In this document: positions 49,463 to 58,761 of the stretch, one piece after another
Numbering within the stretch: the first letter of the stretch is position 1
Layout: each line of letters opens with the position of its first letter
NCBI GenBank assembly: GCA_017987895.1
Contig: JAGNSU010000004.1
Location: 24,773-88,772, forward strand
Origin: Flavobacteriales bacterium
GTDB taxonomy: Bacteria; Bacteroidota; Bacteroidia; Flavobacteriales_F; PHOS-HE28
Length of the DNA: 64,000 bases
Reading direction: 5' to 3'
Position numbers and translations under genes: made by a program
Notes under the pieces: model-generated
Told to the model about the DNA's origin: nothing
Seen by the model: only the letters and a program-made list of their open reading frames with translations
Database searches by the model: none

Positions 49463-51958
49463 TTAGCGGCTGGCGCGTTGTTCGAGCACCTGCATACCCT
49501 GCAATCCCCTCAACAAGAACGATCGGTACTCGCCCGCATCGGGAGTGTAAGCCACGGGGTCGGTGAGCAGTTGGCCATCGGGACTGAGCAACGCATAGAA
49601 CGGTTGCGAACTGATCACGAACGTTTCCGCCTGCACTGTGCTCCACTTGTTGCCTTTCGTAATGATCTGCTTCTTCTTGCCCGAACTGGTGGTGTAGACA
49701 TGTTGCTGCTCCTTGGGCAACTCTTCCTTGTCATCCACATACAAGGAGGCCAGCACGTATTTATCCTGGATCAGGTCGTACACACCGACCTCGGGCCATA
49801 CGTGCTCCTCCATCTTCCGGCAGTTCACACAAGCATACCCGGTGAAATCCAAGAGCAGCGGTTTGTTCTCCGCCTTGGCCCGGACCATCGCCGCGTCCAG
49901 GTCGTGGAAGCAGTCCAGGTTCTGCGGGCAATGCTTCGGAAATATCCAGCTATAGCCCACGGGTGGCGCCAGGCCGCTCATCAGCTTGAGCGTATGGAAC
50001 GTTCTCGTGTCGTCATTGTATCGGAAGCCCATGACCAGATACCCGGTGGTCAACGCGAACAGTGCTGTGAACGCCCAACGCAAGCCGGACAGTTTGTTGA
50101 CCGGACTGTCATGTGGGAAACGGATCGTGCCAAGCAGATATAGAACGATACCCAATGCACAAAGTACCCACACCGCCATGAACAACTCGTAGGGGACAAT
50201 GCCCCAATGCTTCACAAGGTCCGCATTGCTCAGGAACTTGAACGCTAGCGCCACCTCCGCGAAACCGAGCACGACCTTCACACTATTGAGCCAACTGCCA
50301 CTGCGAGGCAGGCTGTTGAGCCATTGCGGGAACAGTGCGAAAAGTGCGAAGGGCAGTGCGAGGGCCATACCGAACCCGCTCATACCAGCGGTAAGCTGCC
50401 AGGCCCCGCCATCGGCCGTGAGCGCGCCCGCCAACAGAGAACCCAGGATCGGACCGGTGCAACTGAAGGAGACCAACGCCAGTGTCAACGCCATGAAGAA
50501 GATGCCGATCAGCCCGCCGAACTTGGACGCGTTCTGGTCCATCTTGTTCACCCAACTGCTTGGCAGAGTGATCTCGAAGTACCCGAAGAACGAGACCGCG
50601 AACACCAGGAAGATGACGAAGAAGAAGATGTTCAGCCAGGGGTTGGTGCTGATCTCGTTGAATATCTCCGGGTTCACCGAACCCAACAAATGGAACGGCA
50701 GGCTGAAGAGCAGGTAGATCAGCAGTATGAACCCGCCATACGTGAGCGCGTTCTTCAGACCCTTCGCCTTATCCTCACTACCCTTGGTGAAGAAGCTCAC
50801 CGTAAGGGGGATCATGGGGAACACGCACGGTGTAAGCAGCGCGAGCAGACCACCGATGAAACCCAGGAAGAAGATCTGCCACAAGGACGTGGTCGCATGC
50901 AGTTCAGAAACTTCGCCCGTACCGGCCTTCACCACAGGAGTCGCGAGATCGACGTTGGGGAGTTTGTAGTTGATCCCGGCCGCATCCGCCAAACCTTCAG
51001 CGACGGGTGAACCACCGATCATGGCTACTCCGGTGGCCGGCACAATGGAGAAGCGCAGGGGGTCAGGGAAGATGCATGCCTCGTCATTGCAGCTCATGTA
51101 GTTGATCGATCCACTGACCGCCAACATCGGGTCCTTGACACTTACTGTCCGTTCGAACGTGACCACGTGCTTGTACTTCCTCACGATCACCCCGAACATC
51201 TCGTCCATACCCTCCACCATATCGGCGCCGGTCTCGGAACCGGCGCCCAGTGGGGCGAAGTGGGCCAGGGTATCAAAACCTATGCTGGTGGGAATAGGCC
51301 CTTCCTCACCGAACACTTCCTGCGAATAGACATACCAGCCGTCCTGGACGGTGGCGGTAAAGGCGAGCGACCAGCTACCCGCACCGAGATCTTTGGCGAT
51401 CATCTTCCAAGCCACCGGACCTGCGTCCGCTGCCTCCTGCACATTGCCCATGGTGAATGGGAGACTGTTGAGTTCCGCTCGGTCCTCCGATGGTGTGATC
51501 CGGAAATAGACCAACTCCGGGGGCAAACAGCTTTGGTCGTTGCAGGTCATGTACTCCATCCGGCCTGTGATGGGCTTCCCAATATCCGAGACCTGCACCC
51601 GCTGCGTGAAGAGCACATGGCCCTTGAACTTCTTCACCTCAAGATCGAATAGGGGATCGTGGCCCTGTACCACTTTGGCTCCATCCTCAACGGGGGCTCC
51701 GATCAATGCGACGTGCGGCAGTGTGTCGAAGTCGATAGTCGTTGGTAGCGGGCCCAGGTCCCCGAAGTTCTGCTGGGAATAGACATACCAACCGGCCTGA
51801 ATGTCACCTCGGAACAAGAGGTCCCATTCACCCTTCTCCACTTCCACCATGGAGACGCTCCATTTCACTGGTTCCAGTTCGGCGGCAGCACCTGGCAGCT
51901 GCGCCACGGCCGATAACTGGAAGAGCAGGAGTGACAGGGAACTCAGAATACGGCGCAT
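49463..51958 (-). CDS. dsbD: Protein-disulfide reductase DsbD with two tandem N-terminal alpha domains and C-terminal thioredoxin domain
   Basis: Two DsbD-alpha signatures (YMTCNDQSCLPP, YMSCNDEACIFP), central transmembrane domain with LTPCVFPMIPL, C-terminal thioredoxin YACVNCRKME. Confidence 0.85.
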   Translation of the reverse strand: MRRILSSLSLLLFQLSAVAQLPGAAAELEPVKWSVSMVEVEKGEWDLLFRGDIQAGWYVYSQQNFGDLGPLPTTIDFDTLPHVALIGAPVEDGAKVVQGHDPLFDLEVKKFKGHVLFTQRVQVSDIGKPITGRMEYMTCNDQSCLPPELVYFRITPSEDRAELNSLPFTMGNVQEAADAGPVAWKMIAKDLGAGSWSLAFTATVQDGWYVYSQEVFGEEGPIPTSIGFDTLAHFAPLGAGSETGADMVEGMDEMFGVIVRKYKHVVTFERTVSVKDPMLAVSGSINYMSCNDEACIFPDPLRFSIVPATGVAMIGGSPVAEGLADAAGINYKLPNVDLATPVVKAGTGEVSELHATTSLWQIFFLGFIGGLLALLTPCVFPMIPLTVSFFTKGSEDKAKGLKNALTYGGFILLIYLLFSLPFHLLGSVNPEIFNEISTNPWLNIFFFVIFLVFAVSFFGYFEITLPSSWVNKMDQNASKFGGLIGIFFMALTLALVSFSCTGPILGSLLAGALTADGGAWQLTAGMSGFGMALALPFALFALFPQWLNSLPRSGSWLNSVKVVLGFAEVALAFKFLSNADLVKHWGIVPYELFMAVWVLCALGIVLYLLGTIRFPHDSPVNKLSGLRWAFTALFALTTGYLVMGFRYNDDTRTFHTLKLMSGLAPPVGYSWIFPKHCPQNLDCFHDLDAAMVRAKAENKPLLLDFTGYACVNCRKMEEHVWPEVGVYDLIQDKYVLASLYVDDKEELPKEQQHVYTTSSGKKKQIITKGNKWSTVQAETFVISSQPFYALLSPDGQLLTDPVAYTPDAGEYRSFLLRGLQGMQVLEQRASR

Positions 51959-51962
51959 ACGC

Positions 51963-52424
51963 TCACTTCGATGAGGCGGGAATATTCAACTTGAACGGCA
52001 CCGCCACAGGCGGAAGACAGGTCTTGTCATTGCACATCATGTACTCTACCTCGCCCTGTAGATCGAACGCATCCGCTGTTCGTCGCACTAAGGTCAGACT
52101 GAACCTCGGGGTCCCGGAATGGTGTCTAACCAGCATACCGAAGTTGGGATCCATCTCTTCCACCGGCCGGGGTTCATGCACCGCCCCCTGGATGGCATGA
52201 TCCGATCCAGGAGTAATGCGCACCACCGTGGGCAAGGGGCCATCATCGCGCGGCAGCTCCGTGGCATAGATGTGCCAACCGGGATCGATCAAAGCATCCA
52301 TTCGCACTTCCACCAGGTCACCTTCCAAAGTGGATGCGGAGAACGACCAGGCGATGGGTGACGCGGCCGGAGAATCCACTGGTGATGGTATGCTGGTCAG
52401 CAATATTGTCAAGAGGGTGGTCAT
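51963..52424 (-). CDS. Stand-alone DsbD N-terminal (alpha) domain protein
   Basis: GWHIYATELP...EVEYMMCNDKTCLPP matches the alpha-domain motif of the downstream dsbD; stop 5 nt before the dsbD start. Confidence 0.6.
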   Translation of the reverse strand: MTTLLTILLTSIPSPVDSPAASPIAWSFSASTLEGDLVEVRMDALIDPGWHIYATELPRDDGPLPTVVRITPGSDHAIQGAVHEPRPVEEMDPNFGMLVRHHSGTPRFSLTLVRRTADAFDLQGEVEYMMCNDKTCLPPVAVPFKLNIPASSK

Positions 52425-52512
52425 GGGTAGGTTCGAAGTGCAAAAATATCCGCGCCAAGGGGCCCCTCACCAAGGCAACTTGCCCAATGCTTGCGATCCC
52501 AGAGCGAGCGAG

Positions 52513-52806
52513 CTACAGCGGCATCTCCACGTCGATCACTCGGACCAGGGGAATAGCATGTGCGTATTTGAGTACGATGGCCTTATCATCCACGGACCAG
52601 ATGGTGGTTTCCACCGCCTTGAGGCCTTCGATGTCGCGAAATAGGATGCGGCACTTCCCATGCTCCCCATTGCCGAGATGTAACGCACGGTCCACTTTGC
52701 GGAGCAACTGTGCGTGGTGTTCCGGGGAAAGCCGCACTGGTTCGGAAGGGAAAACTAGGCGACCGACATCCTCTTTGTCGACAGTAACTGCAGCGGTCGG
52801 TTTCAT
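52513..52806 (-). CDS. Small hypothetical protein (about 97 aa)
   Basis: Internal start MKPTAAVTVDKEDVGRLVF within track ORF 52513..52956; no recognisable motif. Confidence 0.35.
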   Translation of the reverse strand: MKPTAAVTVDKEDVGRLVFPSEPVRLSPEHHAQLLRKVDRALHLGNGEHGKCRILFRDIEGLKAVETTIWSVDDKAIVLKYAHAIPLVRVIDVEMPL

Positions 52807-52817
52807 TGGGATCGTTC

Positions 52818-54200
52818 CTAGGATGCGGAAGATAGCACATCCGGAGATGCGGAACTTAGCACCTCTCCGGTGACCACAGGGGCCGCTCCCCGAGGCGCCA
52901 CGAACCCGTTCGCTCCGCGATGTCCTACCACCCATGCGATGGCCCCCTTCGAGCAAAGCACATAGGTCCGTTCCTTCAAATGGCGCGGCACCTTGGCATC
53001 GATCAAAAGGTCGCTGACCGATCGCGTGCCTGACATCCCGTGAGGTTTAAAGCGATCCCCATGTTGCCAAGGCCTCAAAAGCAAGGGGAAGTCGAGCCGT
53101 TCGAACAAAAATCGCACACTTCCGGGGCCCAGGTCAAGATCATCAGTGGCGGAGGAACGGCGGGTAAGGCGCACCGGGGCATCCGCAGGAAGAGCCAGGT
53201 CCGAACCGATCTGGTAGCTTGGCAGGACCCCAGGATGGACGGTCATGACCAGGATGGCTTCACGGTCCACCAACGCACGGTAACCGGCAGAAAGGAATTC
53301 AGCGCCTGTATGGCCTTCCAAGGCCGCCCGCAGCAGATCCTCCAGCTGTTCTGGATGGAACCCAAGAGGCCGTAGCCGATGATGCAAAAGGAGTCGTGGT
53401 GCCAACGAAGAGGCCAACGCACTGAACGGGATCCGATCCTCCGGTAACGCAGCCAAAAGAGGCGCCGACCGCACGGTCCATTCATATACCAAGTCCCCGA
53501 ACAGGTCCAACGAACGGGCCATCGTGCGGCTTGCCCCCGGGCGGATACGCTCCATCAAGGGCAGCAACTCATGTCGCACGCGGTTCCGGAGAAAGGCCAG
53601 GTCCGCATTGCTGCTATCCTCCCGGAAAGGGACACGATGGGTCGAAGCGTACGCTCGTATCTGGTCCCGCCCCACGCTCAACAACGGGCGCACCACGTTC
53701 CCCGATCTGCGCGGGATACCCGCCCAACCTGCGATACCAGTGCCCCGAAGAAGGTGCATGAGCAGGGTCTCCACCGCATCGTTCCTGTGGTGCGCCATGG
53801 CAATGGCGCGCAGCCCGGCCAAGGCAGCGGTCTCGTTCAACCATGCATAGCGCAGGTCCCTGGCCACCATCTCCACGGATCGACCTGACCCGACTTGGGC
53901 CTCGAGCACTGGCAGCGAGCGGGTCACGAACGGAATGTTCCATTGGTCGCAGTACCGACGCACATGATCGTGGTCCGCAAGACTTTCGCCGCCACGCAAT
54001 CCATGGTCCGCGTGAGCGGCGGTCACAGGATATCCCTCCGCCCGAAGAACGTGTAGCAGAACCATGCTATCCACCCCTCCACTGACCGCCACCAGCAGGG
54101 GTTGTCCCGGTTCCAACAACCCATGTACACGGACGGCGCGACGCAGTTCAGGCACCAGCATGACCAATGGCTTGGAGCACCGAGCGGGCTTTGAGCGCAC
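52818..54200 (-). CDS. tilS: tRNA(Ile)-lysidine synthetase
   Basis: PP-loop LLVAVSGGVDSMVLLHVL, 460 aa. Confidence 0.85.
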   Translation of the reverse strand: MRSKPARCSKPLVMLVPELRRAVRVHGLLEPGQPLLVAVSGGVDSMVLLHVLRAEGYPVTAAHADHGLRGGESLADHDHVRRYCDQWNIPFVTRSLPVLEAQVGSGRSVEMVARDLRYAWLNETAALAGLRAIAMAHHRNDAVETLLMHLLRGTGIAGWAGIPRRSGNVVRPLLSVGRDQIRAYASTHRVPFREDSSNADLAFLRNRVRHELLPLMERIRPGASRTMARSLDLFGDLVYEWTVRSAPLLAALPEDRIPFSALASSLAPRLLLHHRLRPLGFHPEQLEDLLRAALEGHTGAEFLSAGYRALVDREAILVMTVHPGVLPSYQIGSDLALPADAPVRLTRRSSATDDLDLGPGSVRFLFERLDFPLLLRPWQHGDRFKPHGMSGTRSVSDLLIDAKVPRHLKERTYVLCSKGAIAWVVGHRGANGFVAPRGAAPVVTGEVLSSASPDVLSSAS

Positions 54201-55416
54201 ATTCCTCCCATTCTAGAACTGGATCGCAGGCGGCCGTAAGAGCGCTACCGCTCAGCAAACGGGTAAAGCCCGAACCGGCATCGTGCTCAATGGTGCGGAT
54301 CACCACGTTCAAGTCACCTGTGCCCTCCGGCCCGAACCAACCGAGGCTTCCACTGAAGAGACCCCGGCTCTGATCCTCATGCTCATCGATCAGTGCCATG
54401 GCACGCACCTTTGGAGCACCGGTCATACTGGCCATTGGGAAGGCCGCTTGAACGGCGTCCAGTGGTCGGCACTCAGAGCGAAGTGTGGCAGTTACGGTCG
54501 ATATCATTTGATGGACCTGACGATGGCTCTTGACGGCACAAAGTTCCTCCAGCCGCACGCTTCCTCGATCCCCCACGCGGCTCAAGTCGTTCCGCACGAC
54601 ATCGGTGGCCATGATGTTCTCGGACCGTTCCTTGGGGTCCGAGGCCAACTGCTCGGCCTCCGCCTTGTCCATGGCAGGATCGACATGTCTGGGTCGTGTT
54701 CCTTTCATGGGTTGGGACCACACCCGACCGTGCCCGAACCGCAGGAACCTTTCCGGGCTTGCCGCCAATGCGTACTGCTCATCCCACCGGTAGAAGGAGG
54801 CAAAGGGAGCGTCAACGTTCTTCAATAGCATGGTCGCTGCCGCAAAGGGGTCCCACCCAGGTAGTTGAGCGACCCGTTGGACGCAGTAGTTCACCTCATA
54901 GATATCCCCGCGGCGCAAGTGTTCCATCAGAGCATTGGCATGTCGCAAGTACGCTTCGCGCTCGGTGGTGCATCGCCAAGGGCTGCTGGTGATGTTGGAC
55001 CGGTCCGGCTCGAGATCCCCGATCAAAGCCTGGACCACCTCGGCGGCCAATCCAATGGCGCCCGTGGCGCAGTGCACGGTCCATTGGTCATATTCCTTCG
55101 CGGCATGCACCAAAGGCGCGAACCAACGAACGATAGGGCGGTGAAAAAGATCCTGATGGCGACTTGCCAGAGGTTCCAGTCCATCCTTGAGCCCATAGGC
55201 GACATGACCCATGGAATGGCCAGGCTCCTGCTCCAAAAAGTCCCTCCACCGCGCTATCGCCGCCTCTGGCCGATACTCCTCCATACAGGCTCGAACCCCG
55301 ATCCCGAGCACCTCCCGGCCTTGGTCGGCCATTCGGAAGTGGAGGAACCTGGGGAAGGCCCGCAGGGAACGTGGATCGAACGGCCGGGAAGCGGCGAACC
55401 TTTTGAACAGAACCAT
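54148..55416 (-). CDS. pabB: Aminodeoxychorismate synthase component I / chorismate-binding enzyme family
   Basis: C-terminal chorismate-binding domain PMASMTGAPKVRAMALIDEHE...RGLFSGSLGWF...GDLNVVIRT. Confidence 0.8.
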   Translation of the reverse strand: MVLFKRFAASRPFDPRSLRAFPRFLHFRMADQGREVLGIGVRACMEEYRPEAAIARWRDFLEQEPGHSMGHVAYGLKDGLEPLASRHQDLFHRPIVRWFAPLVHAAKEYDQWTVHCATGAIGLAAEVVQALIGDLEPDRSNITSSPWRCTTEREAYLRHANALMEHLRRGDIYEVNYCVQRVAQLPGWDPFAAATMLLKNVDAPFASFYRWDEQYALAASPERFLRFGHGRVWSQPMKGTRPRHVDPAMDKAEAEQLASDPKERSENIMATDVVRNDLSRVGDRGSVRLEELCAVKSHRQVHQMISTVTATLRSECRPLDAVQAAFPMASMTGAPKVRAMALIDEHEDQSRGLFSGSLGWFGPEGTGDLNVVIRTIEHDAGSGFTRLLSGSALTAACDPVLEWEECALKARSVLQAIGHAGA

Positions 55417-55646
55417 ACTCGGATGACGAAGTTATCCGCAGGCAAGCAACCCTAATGATATGATCGCGTCAACCCTCTGACGCTCAAAGGACCAGAATGC
55501 TCTTCCGGAACGACCCAAAACTTCTGGAACGCAAGCTGGACGGGCCCTCCAAAGCATCCACTGCCTTCAGGAACCCCATTCTCACGAAACCTTTTCGACC
55601 CACCGGGTTGTTATCCAGGCCTGAACCCTTTAGTTTTGAGGTTGCC

Positions 55647-56957
55647 ATGATGAAAACGCTACTCGCCCTCCCCCTCGCGTTCGTCGCTTCCACCGTGTTC
55701 GGTCAAGCGCGCTTGGTCATTAATGATGACGCCTATCTGGTGTTCGACCCGAGCACCCCGGTCGGCCAAGAAACGTGGTTGGTGATAGACAATCCTAACA
55801 CCAACGCGCTCACGACCGCTGGCACAGGCGGCAACATACGTTCGGAACGAGAGGAGAACTACATCCGCTGGGCCATTGGAGCCTCCACCGGTTCGTACAT
55901 CATCCCCTACAACAGCCCGAACAACGTGGACATGGAGTTGACCTATGTAAAGGCATCCGCTGGCGCTGGAGCCGGATCGATGGTCTTCTCCACGTACAAC
56001 CACAAGGGTATCGCTCCCATATGGGACAATACCGGCTATATGCCTTCTGACGTGACCCACATGAACGACGATCTTACCGGGGCCGTGAACAATTCGGATT
56101 GGGTGGTGGATCGTTTCTGGATCATCGATCCCACCGCGGCGGGTTACGCCTACACCACCAAACCGGACGCGAGCATGGTGATCCGTTATGATGCAGCGGA
56201 CGTGACCGTTCAATCGATCAACGGGACAAGCCAGTTGAACGCACAACGTTTCAACAACGGTGTGGACAAATGGGGCGATTTCAAACCCTCAAGCGCTTGG
56301 GCGAACTTGGGCGGGGCACGTCGTTCGGTTACCGTTCCGAACGGTGCTGGTGTGATCCCTGGAACGGAGTTCTATCGTTCTTGGACCTTGTCGGAGATCA
56401 ACAACCCGCTGCCCATCGAACTCACCGACTTCCGGGCTCAATGCCTCGGGGATCGGGTTGAACTGACTTGGGCCACTGCCACAGAAGCGGGGAACGACTA
56501 TTTCTCCGTGGAGAAGAGCACGAACAATCTGGATTGGACGGTGATCGGCGAAGTGGACGGTGCGGGGAGCAGCCAGAGCACCACGATATACACCTTTGCC
56601 GATCCACAACCCACTGGGCTTGCCTACTATCGTTTGGTGCAGTCGAACTTCGATCGGAGCACAACGACCAGCGATGTGATCGCGGCAGGTTGCGGGGTAA
56701 CAGGCGGGATCGAGATCGTGAGCGCTTGGGATGCTGGTGAGGTTTTGACCGTGGTTGTCAGCAGCAGTGACGAAGCGATCTACGATGTGACACTAATGGA
56801 CGCCCAAGGCAAGATCATGGCCAGCAGTCCTCGGGAAACGATCGCCGATGGCATCACCCAGTTGACCATCCCGACGAGTACGATCGCGAGCGGGATCTAC
56901 ATGCTGCAACTTCAGAACGAGGCCAATATGATGGCGCGTCGAGTGCTGCTACAGTGA
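55647..56957 (+). CDS. Secreted hypothetical protein with T9SS type A C-terminal sorting domain
   Basis: Signal peptide MMKTLLALPLAFVASTVFGQA; C-terminal ASGIYMLQLQNEANMMARRVLLQ Por-secretion-tail pattern. Confidence 0.65.
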   Translation: MMKTLLALPLAFVASTVFGQARLVINDDAYLVFDPSTPVGQETWLVIDNPNTNALTTAGTGGNIRSEREENYIRWAIGASTGSYIIPYNSPNNVDMELTYVKASAGAGAGSMVFSTYNHKGIAPIWDNTGYMPSDVTHMNDDLTGAVNNSDWVVDRFWIIDPTAAGYAYTTKPDASMVIRYDAADVTVQSINGTSQLNAQRFNNGVDKWGDFKPSSAWANLGGARRSVTVPNGAGVIPGTEFYRSWTLSEINNPLPIELTDFRAQCLGDRVELTWATATEAGNDYFSVEKSTNNLDWTVIGEVDGAGSSQSTTIYTFADPQPTGLAYYRLVQSNFDRSTTTSDVIAAGCGVTGGIEIVSAWDAGEVLTVVVSSSDEAIYDVTLMDAQGKIMASSPRETIADGITQLTIPTSTIASGIYMLQLQNEANMMARRVLLQ

Positions 56958-56978
56958 TCCAAGCCGAACGATCATCTT

Positions 56979-57010
56979 TGAAGGGGCGCCATGAGCGCCT
57001 CTTCTTTTTT
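56979..57010 (+). terminator. Rho-independent terminator after the T9SS-cargo gene
   Basis: GAAGGGGCGC CATGA GCGCCTCTTC followed by TTTTTT. Confidence 0.7.
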
Positions 57011-57051
57011 GCTGACCGAGGATCCGCACGGAACCGCAGCAACGATAGGAT

Positions 57052-58734
57052 CTATGGGACGCGCCTGCGGCGGGTCCGCCATGTGATCGCTCCGGCGGCA
57101 AGCAATGACCAAGCTCCTGCGACCAAGGCTATCTCAGCGATCAATTCCCCAAATCGGACAAAGGGGGATATCTCCCGGTTCAAGCGCACTGTGCACCGGA
57201 TGGCCGCTGGGACCCACCACTCGGTGGCCTGTGACACATCGCCACGCTGGTTGATTGAACAACTGATGCCCGTGTTGGCCGAACGCGCTACCGCACGCCT
57301 GGTCTCGATGGCCCGTAGCCGCGCATAGGCCAAGTGCTGGCGGTAGCCTGCCGTATTCCCCCACCACGCATCATTGGTAAGGATCGCTATAAGGTCGGCA
57401 CCCTGGCGCACATAGTCCGCTACATAATCCCCGAAAACCGATTCGTAGCAGATCACCGGAGCGGCGCTGAAAGCCTTGTCCACCGGGCTGAAGCACTCGC
57501 GTTCGGACTGCTGGGCAAGGCTGCCCGTGGTACCACCCATATCGATCGAGAGCGCTTCCAGGTTACCGAGCAACTGTTCGAACGGAAGCAGCTCCACCCC
57601 GGCCACGAGCTTGCTCTTGTGGTATACCCCTGCCGGAGGCGAAGGGGTCACGAACAACGCCGAATTGGCCGCATCGAACCAAGTGTCGCTGTTGCGCACA
57701 GGGCGCGCGGTAACGGACGGGGTCTCTCCATTTCGGAACAAACGGGAAGAGGACATTCCGGTCAGGACGGTCGCGGTAGGATGCTTCTCGAGCCAAGTGC
57801 GGATGTGTCCCACACTGCCCGATGCATCAATGTCGTTCTCCCAAAGGCCCTTCATTACCAACGAGCCATCTTCCTCGAAGTACAGCCCTGCCGGTTCCTG
57901 TAAGGCGGTTTCCGGCATCAACACCAAGCGCGTAGTGTCGGTCATCATCGCATCGGCTTGGGTCAGCATGTCCTCCAATTGCGCCAAGGGATCAACGCCA
58001 CCGAATTTCTCCGAGTAAGGATCGATGTTCGGCTGCACAACCACCACTTCAATGGCAGGCCCACGCTCCTCCCAAGTGGCGTAGCGCAGCCACGAGATGG
58101 TTATTGGGACCATGATCAACGCAACGGCTGATACGGCCTTGCGACGCGCCACAGCGGATCCTTCGTTCATCTGCCAGGCCAAGAGTACGCGTAGGACGAA
58201 GAGATTGGAGAGCAGTACCCACAGGGAACCACCCAGGTGACCTGTGACCTCGTACCACTGTACCCATTCGGGTCGTGACGCGAAGCCGTTGCCAAGCGTT
58301 AGCCAGGGCCATTGCAAATCCCAGCGCATGTGTGCCCATTCGCCAGAAAGCCAGAGCGCAACGAACGCGGCCCAGGCCCAGGCCCGACCAGCGGTCCGGC
58401 GGATGCGCATGCTGATCCCGAAGGGTAACAGCATCAACCCGGCGTTGGCCAGCATCACCCCGACCCCGAGGAGCAGGCGTGTCTCCCAACCCTCCTGTAC
58501 ATCACCCAGCCATGAAGTGGTGATGAGGTTCCAGACGGCGAGGCCCAGGAAGAGGATCCATAGGGTGCCCTTTCGCCAAGTGGTCCAGTGGCCCTGGGAA
58601 CGTTGCTCCACGATCCAGAAAAAAGGGACCAAACCGAAGAGCAACAGGGGCGCCAAGCTCCCCGTGGCCGGCCATGCCAATGTGAGCAGGGCAGCACCCA
58701 GTAACGAGAGGAGCAGGTGGGATCGCGTGGTCAA
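57052..58734 (-). CDS. lnt: Apolipoprotein N-acyltransferase
   Basis: Multi-TM N-terminal domain plus CN-hydrolase domain (VVQPNIDPYSEKF...ICYESVFGDYV...ILTNDAWWGNTAGYRQHL). Confidence 0.85.
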   Translation of the reverse strand: MTTRSHLLLSLLGAALLTLAWPATGSLAPLLLFGLVPFFWIVEQRSQGHWTTWRKGTLWILFLGLAVWNLITTSWLGDVQEGWETRLLLGVGVMLANAGLMLLPFGISMRIRRTAGRAWAWAAFVALWLSGEWAHMRWDLQWPWLTLGNGFASRPEWVQWYEVTGHLGGSLWVLLSNLFVLRVLLAWQMNEGSAVARRKAVSAVALIMVPITISWLRYATWEERGPAIEVVVVQPNIDPYSEKFGGVDPLAQLEDMLTQADAMMTDTTRLVLMPETALQEPAGLYFEEDGSLVMKGLWENDIDASGSVGHIRTWLEKHPTATVLTGMSSSRLFRNGETPSVTARPVRNSDTWFDAANSALFVTPSPPAGVYHKSKLVAGVELLPFEQLLGNLEALSIDMGGTTGSLAQQSERECFSPVDKAFSAAPVICYESVFGDYVADYVRQGADLIAILTNDAWWGNTAGYRQHLAYARLRAIETRRAVARSANTGISCSINQRGDVSQATEWWVPAAIRCTVRLNREISPFVRFGELIAEIALVAGAWSLLAAGAITWRTRRRRVP

Positions 58735-58761
58735 AGCGGCGCTGAAGGTAGCCGGGTGCGA

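Noticed and set aside
52818-54200. Possible tilS/pabB mis-annotation from the 53-nt overlap (54148..54200)
   Set aside because: Modest overlaps of convergently read starts are common in this compact, high-GC genome and both proteins are full length. The exact tilS start remains uncertain, but this is not a fusion or pseudogene.
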